Source: Candidatus Dormiibacterota bacterium
GTDB lineage: Bacteria; Chloroflexota; Dormibacteria; Aeolococcales; Aeolococcaceae
NCBI GenBank assembly: GCA_003136295.1
Contig: PLDZ01000232.1
Coordinates: forward strand, 1-52,973
DNA: 52,973 nucleotides
Reading direction: 5' to 3'
Part shown: positions 30,999 through 39,228 of the stretch, in pieces
How the letters are laid out: every line of letters starts with the position of its first letter
Position numbering within the stretch: the stretch's first letter is position 1
The notes under the pieces: model-generated
What the model was told of the DNA's origin: nothing
Database searches by the model: none
Seen by the model: the letters and a program-made list of their open reading frames with translations, nothing else
Position numbers and translations under genes: made by a program

Positions 30999-32207
30999 AT
31001 GGTAATTGAGAGCGGCTTCGAAGACTATATCCCGACCCCCAGCCATCTGCATTGGACCGCATCAGCGTCTGCTTTGGGCGACCTTTGCAAGGAGTTGACC
31101 GAGGTTACGAAGGCCGGTGCAGACGATAGCATCGTTCTCCGCATACGCCTGTGCCACTTCAAACAGAACCACTGGCTTACACCACGCCTCTTCTGCTTCA
31201 ACCTCGCGAAGCTCGGAGGGGACGGCGTCTCGCTCGAAGACGCGATCTCCGGCGACGAGATCACCTTTGCGATTGTGTTGAATCACTCCGTTGAAGCCCA
31301 GATCCGCTCGGCGATCTCCACGATAGCGTCGCTTATCATGCGTCAGGAGCATATTGCGAAGATCCGCGTAGGACTGTCCTCGATCGACACGATTGATAGT
31401 GACGTGAAGTCGCTCGATGGACAGGCAAATGAAGAGATCGCCGACCGTCTGCGATTTGGTTATCGCTCCGCCACCTCTGTCCTGGCTCGAAGCGCCTCCG
31501 AACGTGGCTTCCGACTGGAATGCCGGTATGCGCCTGATCTCCTCCCGACCGAAGAGCTCGTCGACTCGCGAATTCCGACGTTGAGGGCTCTGTACAACGA
31601 ACGCGAAGACGTACGTGCTGCTGTGGACGGGACGGTGGCCATGATCGGCACGGGGCGTGTGGCGAGCGTCGGAGGATCGGAGAGTATGCGCGATCTTGTC
31701 CAGAGGTCAATGACGCTCTGGAATTTCGCAAAGCACATCAGTCACACGTTCCGGGACGCGCTCGTGTGTGGCAATGGATTCATGGTCGTAAACGCCGCGG
31801 CTTCATCACCGCTAAGCAATCTAGATCCGCTCACGACCACGGTCCTAGCAGAGGGTGTGGTCGAAGTCGGCGAGGGAAACACTGCTAAACGACGCATCGA
31901 CACTGGTGTTGTCCATTTACGCGGAATAGAACAAATCGACTGCCTGTATGGCGTGTCGCCACTTGAGGTACTTCTTCCCCACGTTCAAACCCTGCGCGTC
32001 ATCGACGAGACCGTGTCAGAGCTGGAGAAGTTCGACACTGGCAACCTTTCGGAGGCGAACCGCGCCGTGCTGGCTTCGCGAAAGGAGATGCGCGGCAGGG
32101 CGGTGCTTGCAACCACGGAAGCAATACGCGAGTTGTTCGCCGACTTCGTTCCGACGCACGGACCAGCGTTAGCGGATCTCTACTTCCAAGGCTACGAGTT
32201 GATGTGA
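30999..32207 (+). CDS. hypothetical protein with a phage-portal-like core segment (aa ~251-345)
   Basis: Clean 402-aa ORF with protein-like composition. The segment FRDALVCGNGFMVVN..LSNLDPLTTTV..VVHLRGIEQ..LYGVSPLEVLL follows the motif order of HK97/SPP1-type portal proteins. The stop overlaps the next gene's GTG start (GTGA). Confidence 0.6.
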   Translation: MVIESGFEDYIPTPSHLHWTASASALGDLCKELTEVTKAGADDSIVLRIRLCHFKQNHWLTPRLFCFNLAKLGGDGVSLEDAISGDEITFAIVLNHSVEAQIRSAISTIASLIMRQEHIAKIRVGLSSIDTIDSDVKSLDGQANEEIADRLRFGYRSATSVLARSASERGFRLECRYAPDLLPTEELVDSRIPTLRALYNEREDVRAAVDGTVAMIGTGRVASVGGSESMRDLVQRSMTLWNFAKHISHTFRDALVCGNGFMVVNAAASSPLSNLDPLTTTVLAEGVVEVGEGNTAKRRIDTGVVHLRGIEQIDCLYGVSPLEVLLPHVQTLRVIDETVSELEKFDTGNLSEANRAVLASRKEMRGRAVLATTEAIRELFADFVPTHGPALADLYFQGYELM

Positions 32208-34681
32208 CCCGATGGCGCAATCCGATACCGGCTACGTCATTCGCGCGAGCCGTATCGTGGCTACTATGCAATGGGGTGGCTCTGCTACCTCCCGCAAGAA
32301 CGTGGGCGCTCGGCCGAGCCGTGCAGATGCGCTGGCGACCGGACGGCATCGACTTCGAGCGCCCACAGGTCGATGATCGCCGCCTTCGAGCGTTGATTGA
32401 CCAGGGCGGACCCGTCGGCAAAGTCCTGCTACGTGAGTCGGCATCTCATTTTTCAATACCGGAGCTGGCCCAGGCCCTAGTTGATCCCGTCATGGAGCGC
32501 CCACTCATCGCCACCATCGCCGGAGTCGCTGATGGTGAGGGTCGCAGCCACTGGTGCCGGCAAACCATTCAAGCGGCGGGGACTATCGATCCCAGTCACG
32601 TGAGAGTGGCGCTTGGCGTCGCATCCAAGGTCGCTGATGCTATTGCCACCGATGATGCGCGAGCCATTCTCGACTACTGTTTCGAGGTCGTTGCCCAGCC
32701 CATAGGGCCATATGGCGGGTCAGTTCTGGCTGCGTCCGCGGCTGAGGCGGCCGAGGCTCTTCTCACGACGCATCGGGAACTCGAAGTGACATTGGTCGAT
32801 CGATGCAACGGTGCGCCGAGTGATGGCATCCGCGCCGTTGCTGCTGCCGTCGTACAGGCCCGGGACGACGGGACCGGCGTTCTCTTCCTAGAAATCCTCA
32901 AAGCATGGAGACCGCCTTCTGGCCGCGTGGCGCAGTTTGCGGTCGAGTGCGACAACCGGCGGTCACTCGGCGATGCCGCCCGAGCGGCACAACCGCTTGA
33001 TTTCATATGGCGCCAACGGCTGTCTCGCTACGCCGCGTGGGGGTGGTATGTTGCGCTACTACTCATCCCCGCTAGCGTGGTCTTCGTCGGCGTCTTCCAT
33101 GGACTGGCCGTAGTCCGACGGTCCAGCTACGTCGAAGCGATCGCGATTGTAGCCCTCCTGCTCGCGGTGCACGTAGTCGCGGCGCAGCTCGCGGCGACAA
33201 GACTGCCGAGTCCTCTGGCGTCTGGAGCGTTGCAGTCTCCTGCCATCACAGTCGGCTATGTTTGCGCGCTCACCGTCGTGCTGCTCACTGCCATGGTGCC
33301 GGTCAGTGGCAACGCCAACCTACAGGTAAGTGCGGCCTTGACGTTCACTGGCGGCCTGTTTTTCTTATCTGTTGTCGCCTCGGCACATGCACTGGTGCGA
33401 GCAACCGACTCGGTCGTTGCGGCCAGCGCGTTTGCAAGGGCTCGCCGCTGGCGATACCGCCGCGCAGGCCGGCGCCTAGGGGAGCTCCAGCAACACGGGA
33501 TAGAGTGCAAGGCGGCAGCAGAAGGCCTGTCATACGTCCGGCTCGAGCCCTTACCGTCCTTCACAGAACGACGTACGGACATACGTACCCAAGGTTTTGG
33601 CTACGTTGATGCCCAGGCGAAACGATTGCGAGGTTTAGGTACGAGACATTCATGGAGTGACGGCCATCTAACGCTTCGCGTGACCAGCGTCCTGGCCACG
33701 CGCATAGAACGAGGTGCAGTGGTGGCTTCAATAGTCCCGGACGCAGATACGATCGTCAGTCACGGCGACGCCAAACGGATTCAACGAGTCTTTCCTGTTC
33801 GGCGATCACCGCGAATCGACGAGGTCAGCGAGGCCGTCGCCGGGCTCTTTGCCCTGATAGTCCAGGAAGCAACCGGTGGTGACAGCTCCGGGGCAAGCCG
33901 TGTGGCTGAGATCTTGTGCGACATGCTGCTCAACCACCTGGACGGCGCGCTTTCTCGACGAGAGCGGACGGCACAACCTCAAGCGGATGCACAGCCAATT
34001 GCTCCTTCCGTGCTCGCGCTCGTCACACTCCTAATGAGCATGAAGAAGGCAGGACCGGAGGTTCTGCCGCTACAAGCGCTCGTACGGCGTCTGCTTTTCG
34101 AAGCCGACCCGAGCGAGAGAGTCGCGTTGGCGGTCGCAGGACGTGCCTCGCGAGCGGGGCCGGAGTTGTCGCTCCAAATGCCGCTACTGCTCGACTGCGC
34201 CCGCCGGTGTCTCGAGTTGCAGGATGGGCAGGGGGAAGCGCTCATTCGTCGGGTGATACAGGATGCGGTGGTTTCCGGCACGCCCCTAACCCAGATTGCG
34301 CTCAAGACTTCGTGCGAATTGGCATGCCTCGCGCCATGGCTTAGCTATGCTCGCGCTCCACACATCTGGAGGTGGTATTGGGAAATGCTTCCAGACAGAG
34401 CCGATGAAGAGCGACTTGTAGGTGCTTTCTCAGTCGGCGCGTCCGCACTTCGAGCAGGGCATCTATCGCTTGCGACGGCAGTGGCGCATGACGCGAACCA
34501 GCATGGGCTGACTCTCGATACTGCACCCGAGTCGGTAATTCGACAGGCCGAGCTCAGATCACTTGTGGAGGGACGCTATCTCGGCGACGATGTGCACGGG
34601 GCGCTCACGAGATATGCAAGCTTTGCACGCCGCTACGTCGAACTGATCAGCGCGCCGGCAGACGAAGCTCCTGGAGACTAA
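32204..34681 (+). CDS. large membrane protein: 4 central TM helices followed by a DUF2254-like soluble domain
   Basis: Hydrophobic helices lie at aa ~277-304, 310-331, 347-366 and 375-397. They are followed by QGFGYVDAQAKRL..HLTLRVTSVLATRIERGAVVASIVPDAD..RIDEVSEAVAGLFALIVQEA, the layout I associate with DUF2254. The GTG start is coupled to the upstream gene. Confidence 0.6.
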   Translation: MTRWRNPIPATSFARAVSWLLCNGVALLPPARTWALGRAVQMRWRPDGIDFERPQVDDRRLRALIDQGGPVGKVLLRESASHFSIPELAQALVDPVMERPLIATIAGVADGEGRSHWCRQTIQAAGTIDPSHVRVALGVASKVADAIATDDARAILDYCFEVVAQPIGPYGGSVLAASAAEAAEALLTTHRELEVTLVDRCNGAPSDGIRAVAAAVVQARDDGTGVLFLEILKAWRPPSGRVAQFAVECDNRRSLGDAARAAQPLDFIWRQRLSRYAAWGWYVALLLIPASVVFVGVFHGLAVVRRSSYVEAIAIVALLLAVHVVAAQLAATRLPSPLASGALQSPAITVGYVCALTVVLLTAMVPVSGNANLQVSAALTFTGGLFFLSVVASAHALVRATDSVVAASAFARARRWRYRRAGRRLGELQQHGIECKAAAEGLSYVRLEPLPSFTERRTDIRTQGFGYVDAQAKRLRGLGTRHSWSDGHLTLRVTSVLATRIERGAVVASIVPDADTIVSHGDAKRIQRVFPVRRSPRIDEVSEAVAGLFALIVQEATGGDSSGASRVAEILCDMLLNHLDGALSRRERTAQPQADAQPIAPSVLALVTLLMSMKKAGPEVLPLQALVRRLLFEADPSERVALAVAGRASRAGPELSLQMPLLLDCARRCLELQDGQGEALIRRVIQDAVVSGTPLTQIALKTSCELACLAPWLSYARAPHIWRWYWEMLPDRADEERLVGAFSVGASALRAGHLSLATAVAHDANQHGLTLDTAPESVIRQAELRSLVEGRYLGDDVHGALTRYASFARRYVELISAPADEAPGD

Positions 34682-35191
34682 GAGAACCGTCAGATAGTTC
34701 GAGTCCGATTCGGCGGTATCGAGTACATCGACTATCGCGCCCTCGGTGAAGGTTCGAGCGCGGCCTGTATCTAGTGCCGCTTCGCCTCGATGTCTGGACC
34801 GAGCAACCCGGGCGCGGGAGCACCACCGCAGTTCAGATTCGTTTGCCGGTAGATTAGCTGGATGACCAGCTCGTGCACCATGTGCAGGCTATACAGCTCG
34901 GCGCCGTCCCCTAGCCGCCGAACGCCATCGGTGCCGTTGGGCACCCGACGACCGCTACTATTGGCCCGCTCCGATCTACCGCACGCACTGCTGATGAAGT
35001 GATTCCCATCCCGCTCGTTCGAGCAGCGGAAGGACTCTGCGGCGAACGCGGACTGAGGCAGCCGACCACATCGCAGCAGCACCCGTCAGATTGAGCTGAT
35101 GAGAAGTTATGGGTTCTACACGCACCCTCCACGTGTCGCGCTTCTGAATTCAGGAGCAGCGGTTGATCCAGCACTTCGGATGATGATCACC

Positions 35192-35289
35192 GACTAATTC
35201 GGTGGGGATGCACATCAGCTCAAAGTCGCTCAAAAACAGCACGTGATGATACGAAATTACTCGTTGCTCCGTGAGGCCGATAGCCGGGA
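35192..35289 (-). repeat. copy B of the same relic
   Basis: The minus-strand frame reads AIGLTEQRVISYHHVL. Four of the core differences are synonymous third-position changes. The frame has no start codon and is closed upstream by a TGA. Confidence 0.6.
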
Positions 35290-35747
35290 GCAAGGCAAGT
35301 GTTTTGGCCGTGTCGGCACAATGTTCACTGACGATTCCGTGTCGCGTTTCCGTTTCCGCTGGTACTGCACTAGCCAGCCTCGGCTTGCAGAGTGTGTCCC
35401 GCTGAGCTGCGCAGGTGAACGCTACGGGCGGAACAAGCCGAATCCGTTTGCGGCGGGTGCTGGTTAGACGTCGACCTCAATCCATACGCGGCCGTGTCGC
35501 TAGATCCCCAGGAGGTTGGCTCCTTCAGCGCTGTCGAGGTTGGCGATCTCTCTCCTGGACTCCTGCGACAGGCTGTTGTCGCGGTTGCCGGTATGCTTGC
35601 ATCAGGGTCAAGAGAAACGGCACAAGCCTCCCGGCAGCCGTCTCAGCAACCGCGCATCCCGCGCACGGTGCTCCCGGGAGAAGACCTGACCGCAACCAAG
35701 GTGGCGGTAAGGGCGGGGCCGCTGAGGCCTCAGGACTGGAGGTAGGC

Positions 35748-36344
35748 ATGGACAACCGGCCTTTCTGGCAGCCGCGGCGGCGTTCGGATGGATCTACTCA
35801 GCGGATCGACCAGATGACCGCTGCTCTCTTGTGGCTTCGGCGTTCGGAGAACAGTTTCGTCGTCTTCGGCGATGCTGATCGCGCTGACCGCTATGCTCAA
35901 TTCGCGATTGACATGGGTGCCTTGGAGGAGGAAGCTTCGCCGGCGGCCGTCTCTGTCCCGGTTCCTGTACTCGTGGCCGCAGCGCTCGGCGGTCCCGCTG
36001 ACAACGTGGGCTTCGCGGTTTCCGTCGTGGACGGCCCGCCACATTGGGCCGCCGGCGGTGGCTACTTCGGTGAACCGGATCACGAGCCGTTGGTAATGGA
36101 GGTCGGTTCCGGCCTGTGGCCTCGGAGCAATCCTCGCGGTCTGGCCGACGACGAGACGGTCGTCGCGAACCTCGCGGCGCTCGGGCTCCGACTGGGCGGC
36201 GGCAGGCACACTTGCCTGAACTTCTGTCGTGACGGCGTGACCGAGCCGAGCGACATTCTTGCTGCCCTTTGCGAAGAAATTATGGTCGAGGTGGTCCATG
36301 CGCGGCCAACCTATCCGCTCATCGTTAAGCGCGGGCACTTCTGA
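35748..36344 (+). CDS. hypothetical protein, possibly YbjN/TY-Chap-like fold
   Basis: The ATG at 35748 is preceded by GGAGG. The segment RYAQFAID..LVMEVGSGLW..ETVVANLAALGL..LNFCRDGV..DILAALCEEIMVEVVHARPTYPL resembles actinobacterial TY-Chap-type proteins. The Arg-rich stretch upstream (35415-35747) looks non-coding. Confidence 0.55.
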   Translation: MDNRPFWQPRRRSDGSTQRIDQMTAALLWLRRSENSFVVFGDADRADRYAQFAIDMGALEEEASPAAVSVPVPVLVAAALGGPADNVGFAVSVVDGPPHWAAGGGYFGEPDHEPLVMEVGSGLWPRSNPRGLADDETVVANLAALGLRLGGGRHTCLNFCRDGVTEPSDILAALCEEIMVEVVHARPTYPLIVKRGHF

Positions 36345-36457
36345 TGAAGCGGCGAGCACGACACCATGAGCCGGCGGCCCAAGAGGATGCGGCAGCAGCT
36401 ATCCTGCTCGCACGAGAAGGTCTGCACACTGTCGCTATATAGACGGAGGTGAGCTAA

Positions 36458-36709
36458 GTGACACCGGACGAGGCCGTTCCAATCGCCAGAGTGCTGAAGT
36501 TTGTGGACCGCGGCGGTGATGTCATTCTCTATGAGGCCGGGGCGGCGGCTCAGGTCTTCGAAATAAACGAGGCTGCCGACGAGGCTGCCGACGATGGCGA
36601 GCAGACCTTGATCGACGCTTTCGACCCCGGGCCTCTTGGTGTTCCGCAAGAGCTACGCCGCTTCTACGTCATGCAGTACGGCATGATGTCAGCTGGTCTG
36701 CGCCAATGA
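36458..36709 (+). CDS. small acidic hypothetical protein (83 aa)
   Basis: GTG start with plausible composition, but no recognisable motif. Confidence 0.35.
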   Translation: MTPDEAVPIARVLKFVDRGGDVILYEAGAAAQVFEINEAADEAADDGEQTLIDAFDPGPLGVPQELRRFYVMQYGMMSAGLRQ

Positions 36710-36804
36710 GCGCCGACCTACCTGAGATTCGGCGTGTGGCAGAAGGAATTGGATGGCGTTTGGAAGAAGGCGACATAGAGGACCTACCGCAGCGTTGGGG
36801 TGAT
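36706..36804 (+). CDS. possible 32-aa micro-ORF coupled to the preceding gene
   Basis: The ATG overlaps the upstream TGA (ATGA at 36706-36709). It translates to MSADLPEIRRVAEGIGWRLEEGDIEDLPQRWGDS. It is below the ORF-track length cutoff and has no other support. Confidence 0.2.
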
Positions 36805-37130
36805 AGCTGAGTTCACGACTCGTGCGACGCAGGCAGCGTGTTCCCCACTAGAGCGCCGCGGCAGAGACGGCGCCGCCAGTGCTTGTGCCATCTCTCTTGA
36901 CCCTGGTGTAAGCATACCTGGCAACCGCGACAACAGCCTGTCGTGCGTCATGCGTGTGGCTACGAGCGTCTGCGACCTGCACCTAGCCGGCGAGACATCC
37001 CTGTTTCGATAGCATCCGGGATGCGTACGGCAATTGGGGCTCGGATTTGCGATGTCGAACTCGCCTGTTGGGGCCAGACCATAAACATCCAATCGTTGTC
37101 TGGTTCCAGACGTCGCTAGCAGTGGCTGTA

Positions 37131-37682
37131 TCAGCTCAACGCGCTGTCTCGAGCTGAAAGATAGGTCTTCGCCCAGTTCGTGCGGATGCGCATTGATATG
37201 ATCAGGTTGAACACGAGCATTGCGCGCTGCAACGGTTGGAGACCGCGCGCCACGATAGAGGGAACGAAGCAGACAAACCACAGCGCCGTCTCTTTCGTAC
37301 GCCAGGAACCGAGAAGATGGCACTCAGTCCACTCCTGGGTTTCAGCAAGATTGAGGTCGTTGGCCAGGCGGCTAGCTGCCTTCGGCTCCAGGGTGAGGGG
37401 GAGGCAGAGTCGCAGGAGCAGCCCGCCGCCCACACGCGGGTTTCTCTCGGTAACAGAGGCCATCAAGAGAGCTGTCGTGACGCCCCTTTTGGTGCCTGCG
37501 TCCAAGACTCCGTGGATGACCGCCGGCACGTCGTTGTAGAACGGGAATTCGGCCGTCAATCCAACGCAGCCACCAGTTGCGAGCACCGATGGTTGTAGCT
37601 TGGCCAGCACCCACACAAACACCTCAGGGGTAAAGGGCGACGGCTGCAGGTCGATCCGCATCGACGCACGAATGTTCAGCAT
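37131..37682 (-). CDS. hypothetical protein (184 aa)
   Basis: Start set at the internal MLNIRAS methionine, because the upstream part of the 268-aa ORF is Arg/Gly-rich and overlaps the preceding gene. The C-terminal part (ANDLNLAE..HLLGSW..ALWFVCFVP) is faintly YbjN-like. Confidence 0.5.
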   Translation of the reverse strand: MLNIRASMRIDLQPSPFTPEVFVWVLAKLQPSVLATGGCVGLTAEFPFYNDVPAVIHGVLDAGTKRGVTTALLMASVTERNPRVGGGLLLRLCLPLTLEPKAASRLANDLNLAETQEWTECHLLGSWRTKETALWFVCFVPSIVARGLQPLQRAMLVFNLIISMRIRTNWAKTYLSARDSALS

Positions 37683-37744
37683 GCCGTCCAAATCGGGTCT
37701 TTCCCCCGAAGTCGGATGTTGTGAGATTGCGGGCGCACCGCCGC

Positions 37745-38443
37745 CTAGGGCGCCGCAGACCTCCCGAAGGTGCTCATGATCTCCGCCCGGCGCAGAGCGG
37801 CGTGCGAAGAACTCTGAGCCTGTGCAAGATAGGTATCGAGTACCCATTGCTTGTCTTCGTCCGTCAGCGTCGATGACGAGATCCGGGGCGCGATGTCCCG
37901 AAGACGAGCGGTATCCGGGCTTATCAGCTCGTTGCAAAGATCCGACCAGGTCCAGCGTGGACCGACGTCGCCATCGCCGCCTATGTCACAGCAGGCCCAC
38001 AGGCCATCCCGGACGGCGTCCAGGAATGCGCTGTCGACCTGCACCGACATAGGGACGGAGCCGCCCGGGCGGCCGCCGCTGAGCAAATCCTTTATTGCCT
38101 GGGCAATGCCAGCATGATCGTCCGCCCCCTGCACCCGTTGCACCAGCGTCCATGGCTCCGGGTCATCGGGGCTAGGCGGAAGGCATACGTAGGCGCACTC
38201 ACCGATGACGAAAAGTCCGAAGCTCGCGTCGGACGACGGAAAGCTCGCCCACTCGAACCAGACGAGGGTGCGAGTCTCAGCCGGGAGGTCCTTGCTGCCT
38301 GGTGCGATGTCATACCAGGTGACCGCGTCGCGGTCGTCCTGGGGCCAGTCCGCGGTCAGCGAGTCCAGATCTAGCCACCTGGCTCCGTCTAATTCAGCGC
38401 GCTCGATGGCGGCTGCCAAACGTTCGATGGGGCTACCAGGCAT
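37745..38443 (-). CDS. hypothetical protein (232 aa, acidic, Trp-rich)
   Basis: Clean ORF with ATG start and protein-like composition. No motif recognised. Confidence 0.55.
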   Translation of the reverse strand: MPGSPIERLAAAIERAELDGARWLDLDSLTADWPQDDRDAVTWYDIAPGSKDLPAETRTLVWFEWASFPSSDASFGLFVIGECAYVCLPPSPDDPEPWTLVQRVQGADDHAGIAQAIKDLLSGGRPGGSVPMSVQVDSAFLDAVRDGLWACCDIGGDGDVGPRWTWSDLCNELISPDTARLRDIAPRISSSTLTDEDKQWVLDTYLAQAQSSSHAALRRAEIMSTFGRSAAP

Positions 38444-38787
38444 GCACCGAGAAGGATACGTCCCCCGTCGAACGCGTGGTCGCCGACTTGGCGCGTAGAC
38501 GAGATCATCAGGTTACTATCGAGGCACGGACGCAACCTCAAGAGTTGCTTCAACCCTGCCAATCCAGGCCTCTGTCCCAGACTGGCCACAACACGATTGA
38601 GGCGCCTTGCTTCGTTGAGCGGCGCCTGCCAACGGTCCGAGTCAATACGTAGCTCCTCTCGCGCAAGCATGATGTTGGCCATTGCCTCAATCGCCGTACC
38701 GTGCGTCAGTCGGTGGCGAGCCGGGTAGCTCGCGAGTACAGTCTTCGCCCAGACTCGATGTCTCCGGTGCGAAAAGCTAGCAGCCAT
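38389..38787 (-). CDS. hypothetical protein (132 aa), boundaries doubtful
   Basis: ORF with ATG start. Its 3' 55 nt overlap the next gene, so the C-terminus may be spurious. Confidence 0.35.
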   Translation of the reverse strand: MAASFSHRRHRVWAKTVLASYPARHRLTHGTAIEAMANIMLAREELRIDSDRWQAPLNEARRLNRVVASLGQRPGLAGLKQLLRLRPCLDSNLMISSTRQVGDHAFDGGRILLGACLVAPSNVWQPPSSALN

Positions 38788-39182
38788 GGTCGGGCTCTAT
38801 CCAGCAGAGAGTTTCCCTCTGGGGGGCCGTCCTCTCCTACATCGCGCTTGCAGGCGTTGGGAGCCTTTTGGTCGCCACGCGAGCCCGACAGCGCAGCAAG
38901 GCGCCCGTCTCAGACCAACCGGATCACCACAACGGCGACAGCTTGTTCGTAGGTCCGATCTTCACGGTTATCAGTTCAAGAGCATCGACTACTTGCTTCC
39001 CTCGCTCGCCACCATCTACATTGCACTTACGCGAAACAGCTCAACCTCCATACCGATCTGGACTCTCTTGGCCGCTGCTCTCCTCAAGGCGGTGATACGC
39101 GCGGCACGATACTTGCCTCCTCTAGGGGCCCGACGGGCGTAGGGCGCCGGAGTGACGCGGGTCAAGCAGGCGGCGCCATTTC

Positions 39183-39200
39183 AAACGCCCCAGGGCGTTT
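39183..39200. terminator. GC-rich hairpin between the helicase-nuclease operon end and the upstream region
   Basis: AAACGCC-CCAG-GGCGTTT forms a perfect 7-bp stem with a 4-nt loop, 29 nt downstream of the stop at 39229. There is no long U tract, so intrinsic-terminator function is uncertain. Confidence 0.35.
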
Positions 39201-39228
39201 GGCGACCCCGGCCCTGATCTTCGTGACG

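Noticed and set aside
35415-35747. Upstream extension of the 198-aa gene (309-aa version)
   Set aside because: The translation is Arg/Gly-rich and non-protein-like. ATG 35748 has a GGAGG Shine-Dalgarno sequence.
36784-37323. 179-aa minus-strand ORF
   Set aside because: It overlaps the 3' end of the 184-aa gene in another frame and has Arg/Ser/Pro-rich composition. It is probably non-coding convergent spacer.
38786-39142. 118-aa plus-strand ORF with a hydrophobic C-terminal half
   Set aside because: The N-terminal half is Arg/Pro-rich and there is no RBS. It lies in the spacer between two minus-strand units. Only the last about 50 codons look protein-like, which is not enough to call.
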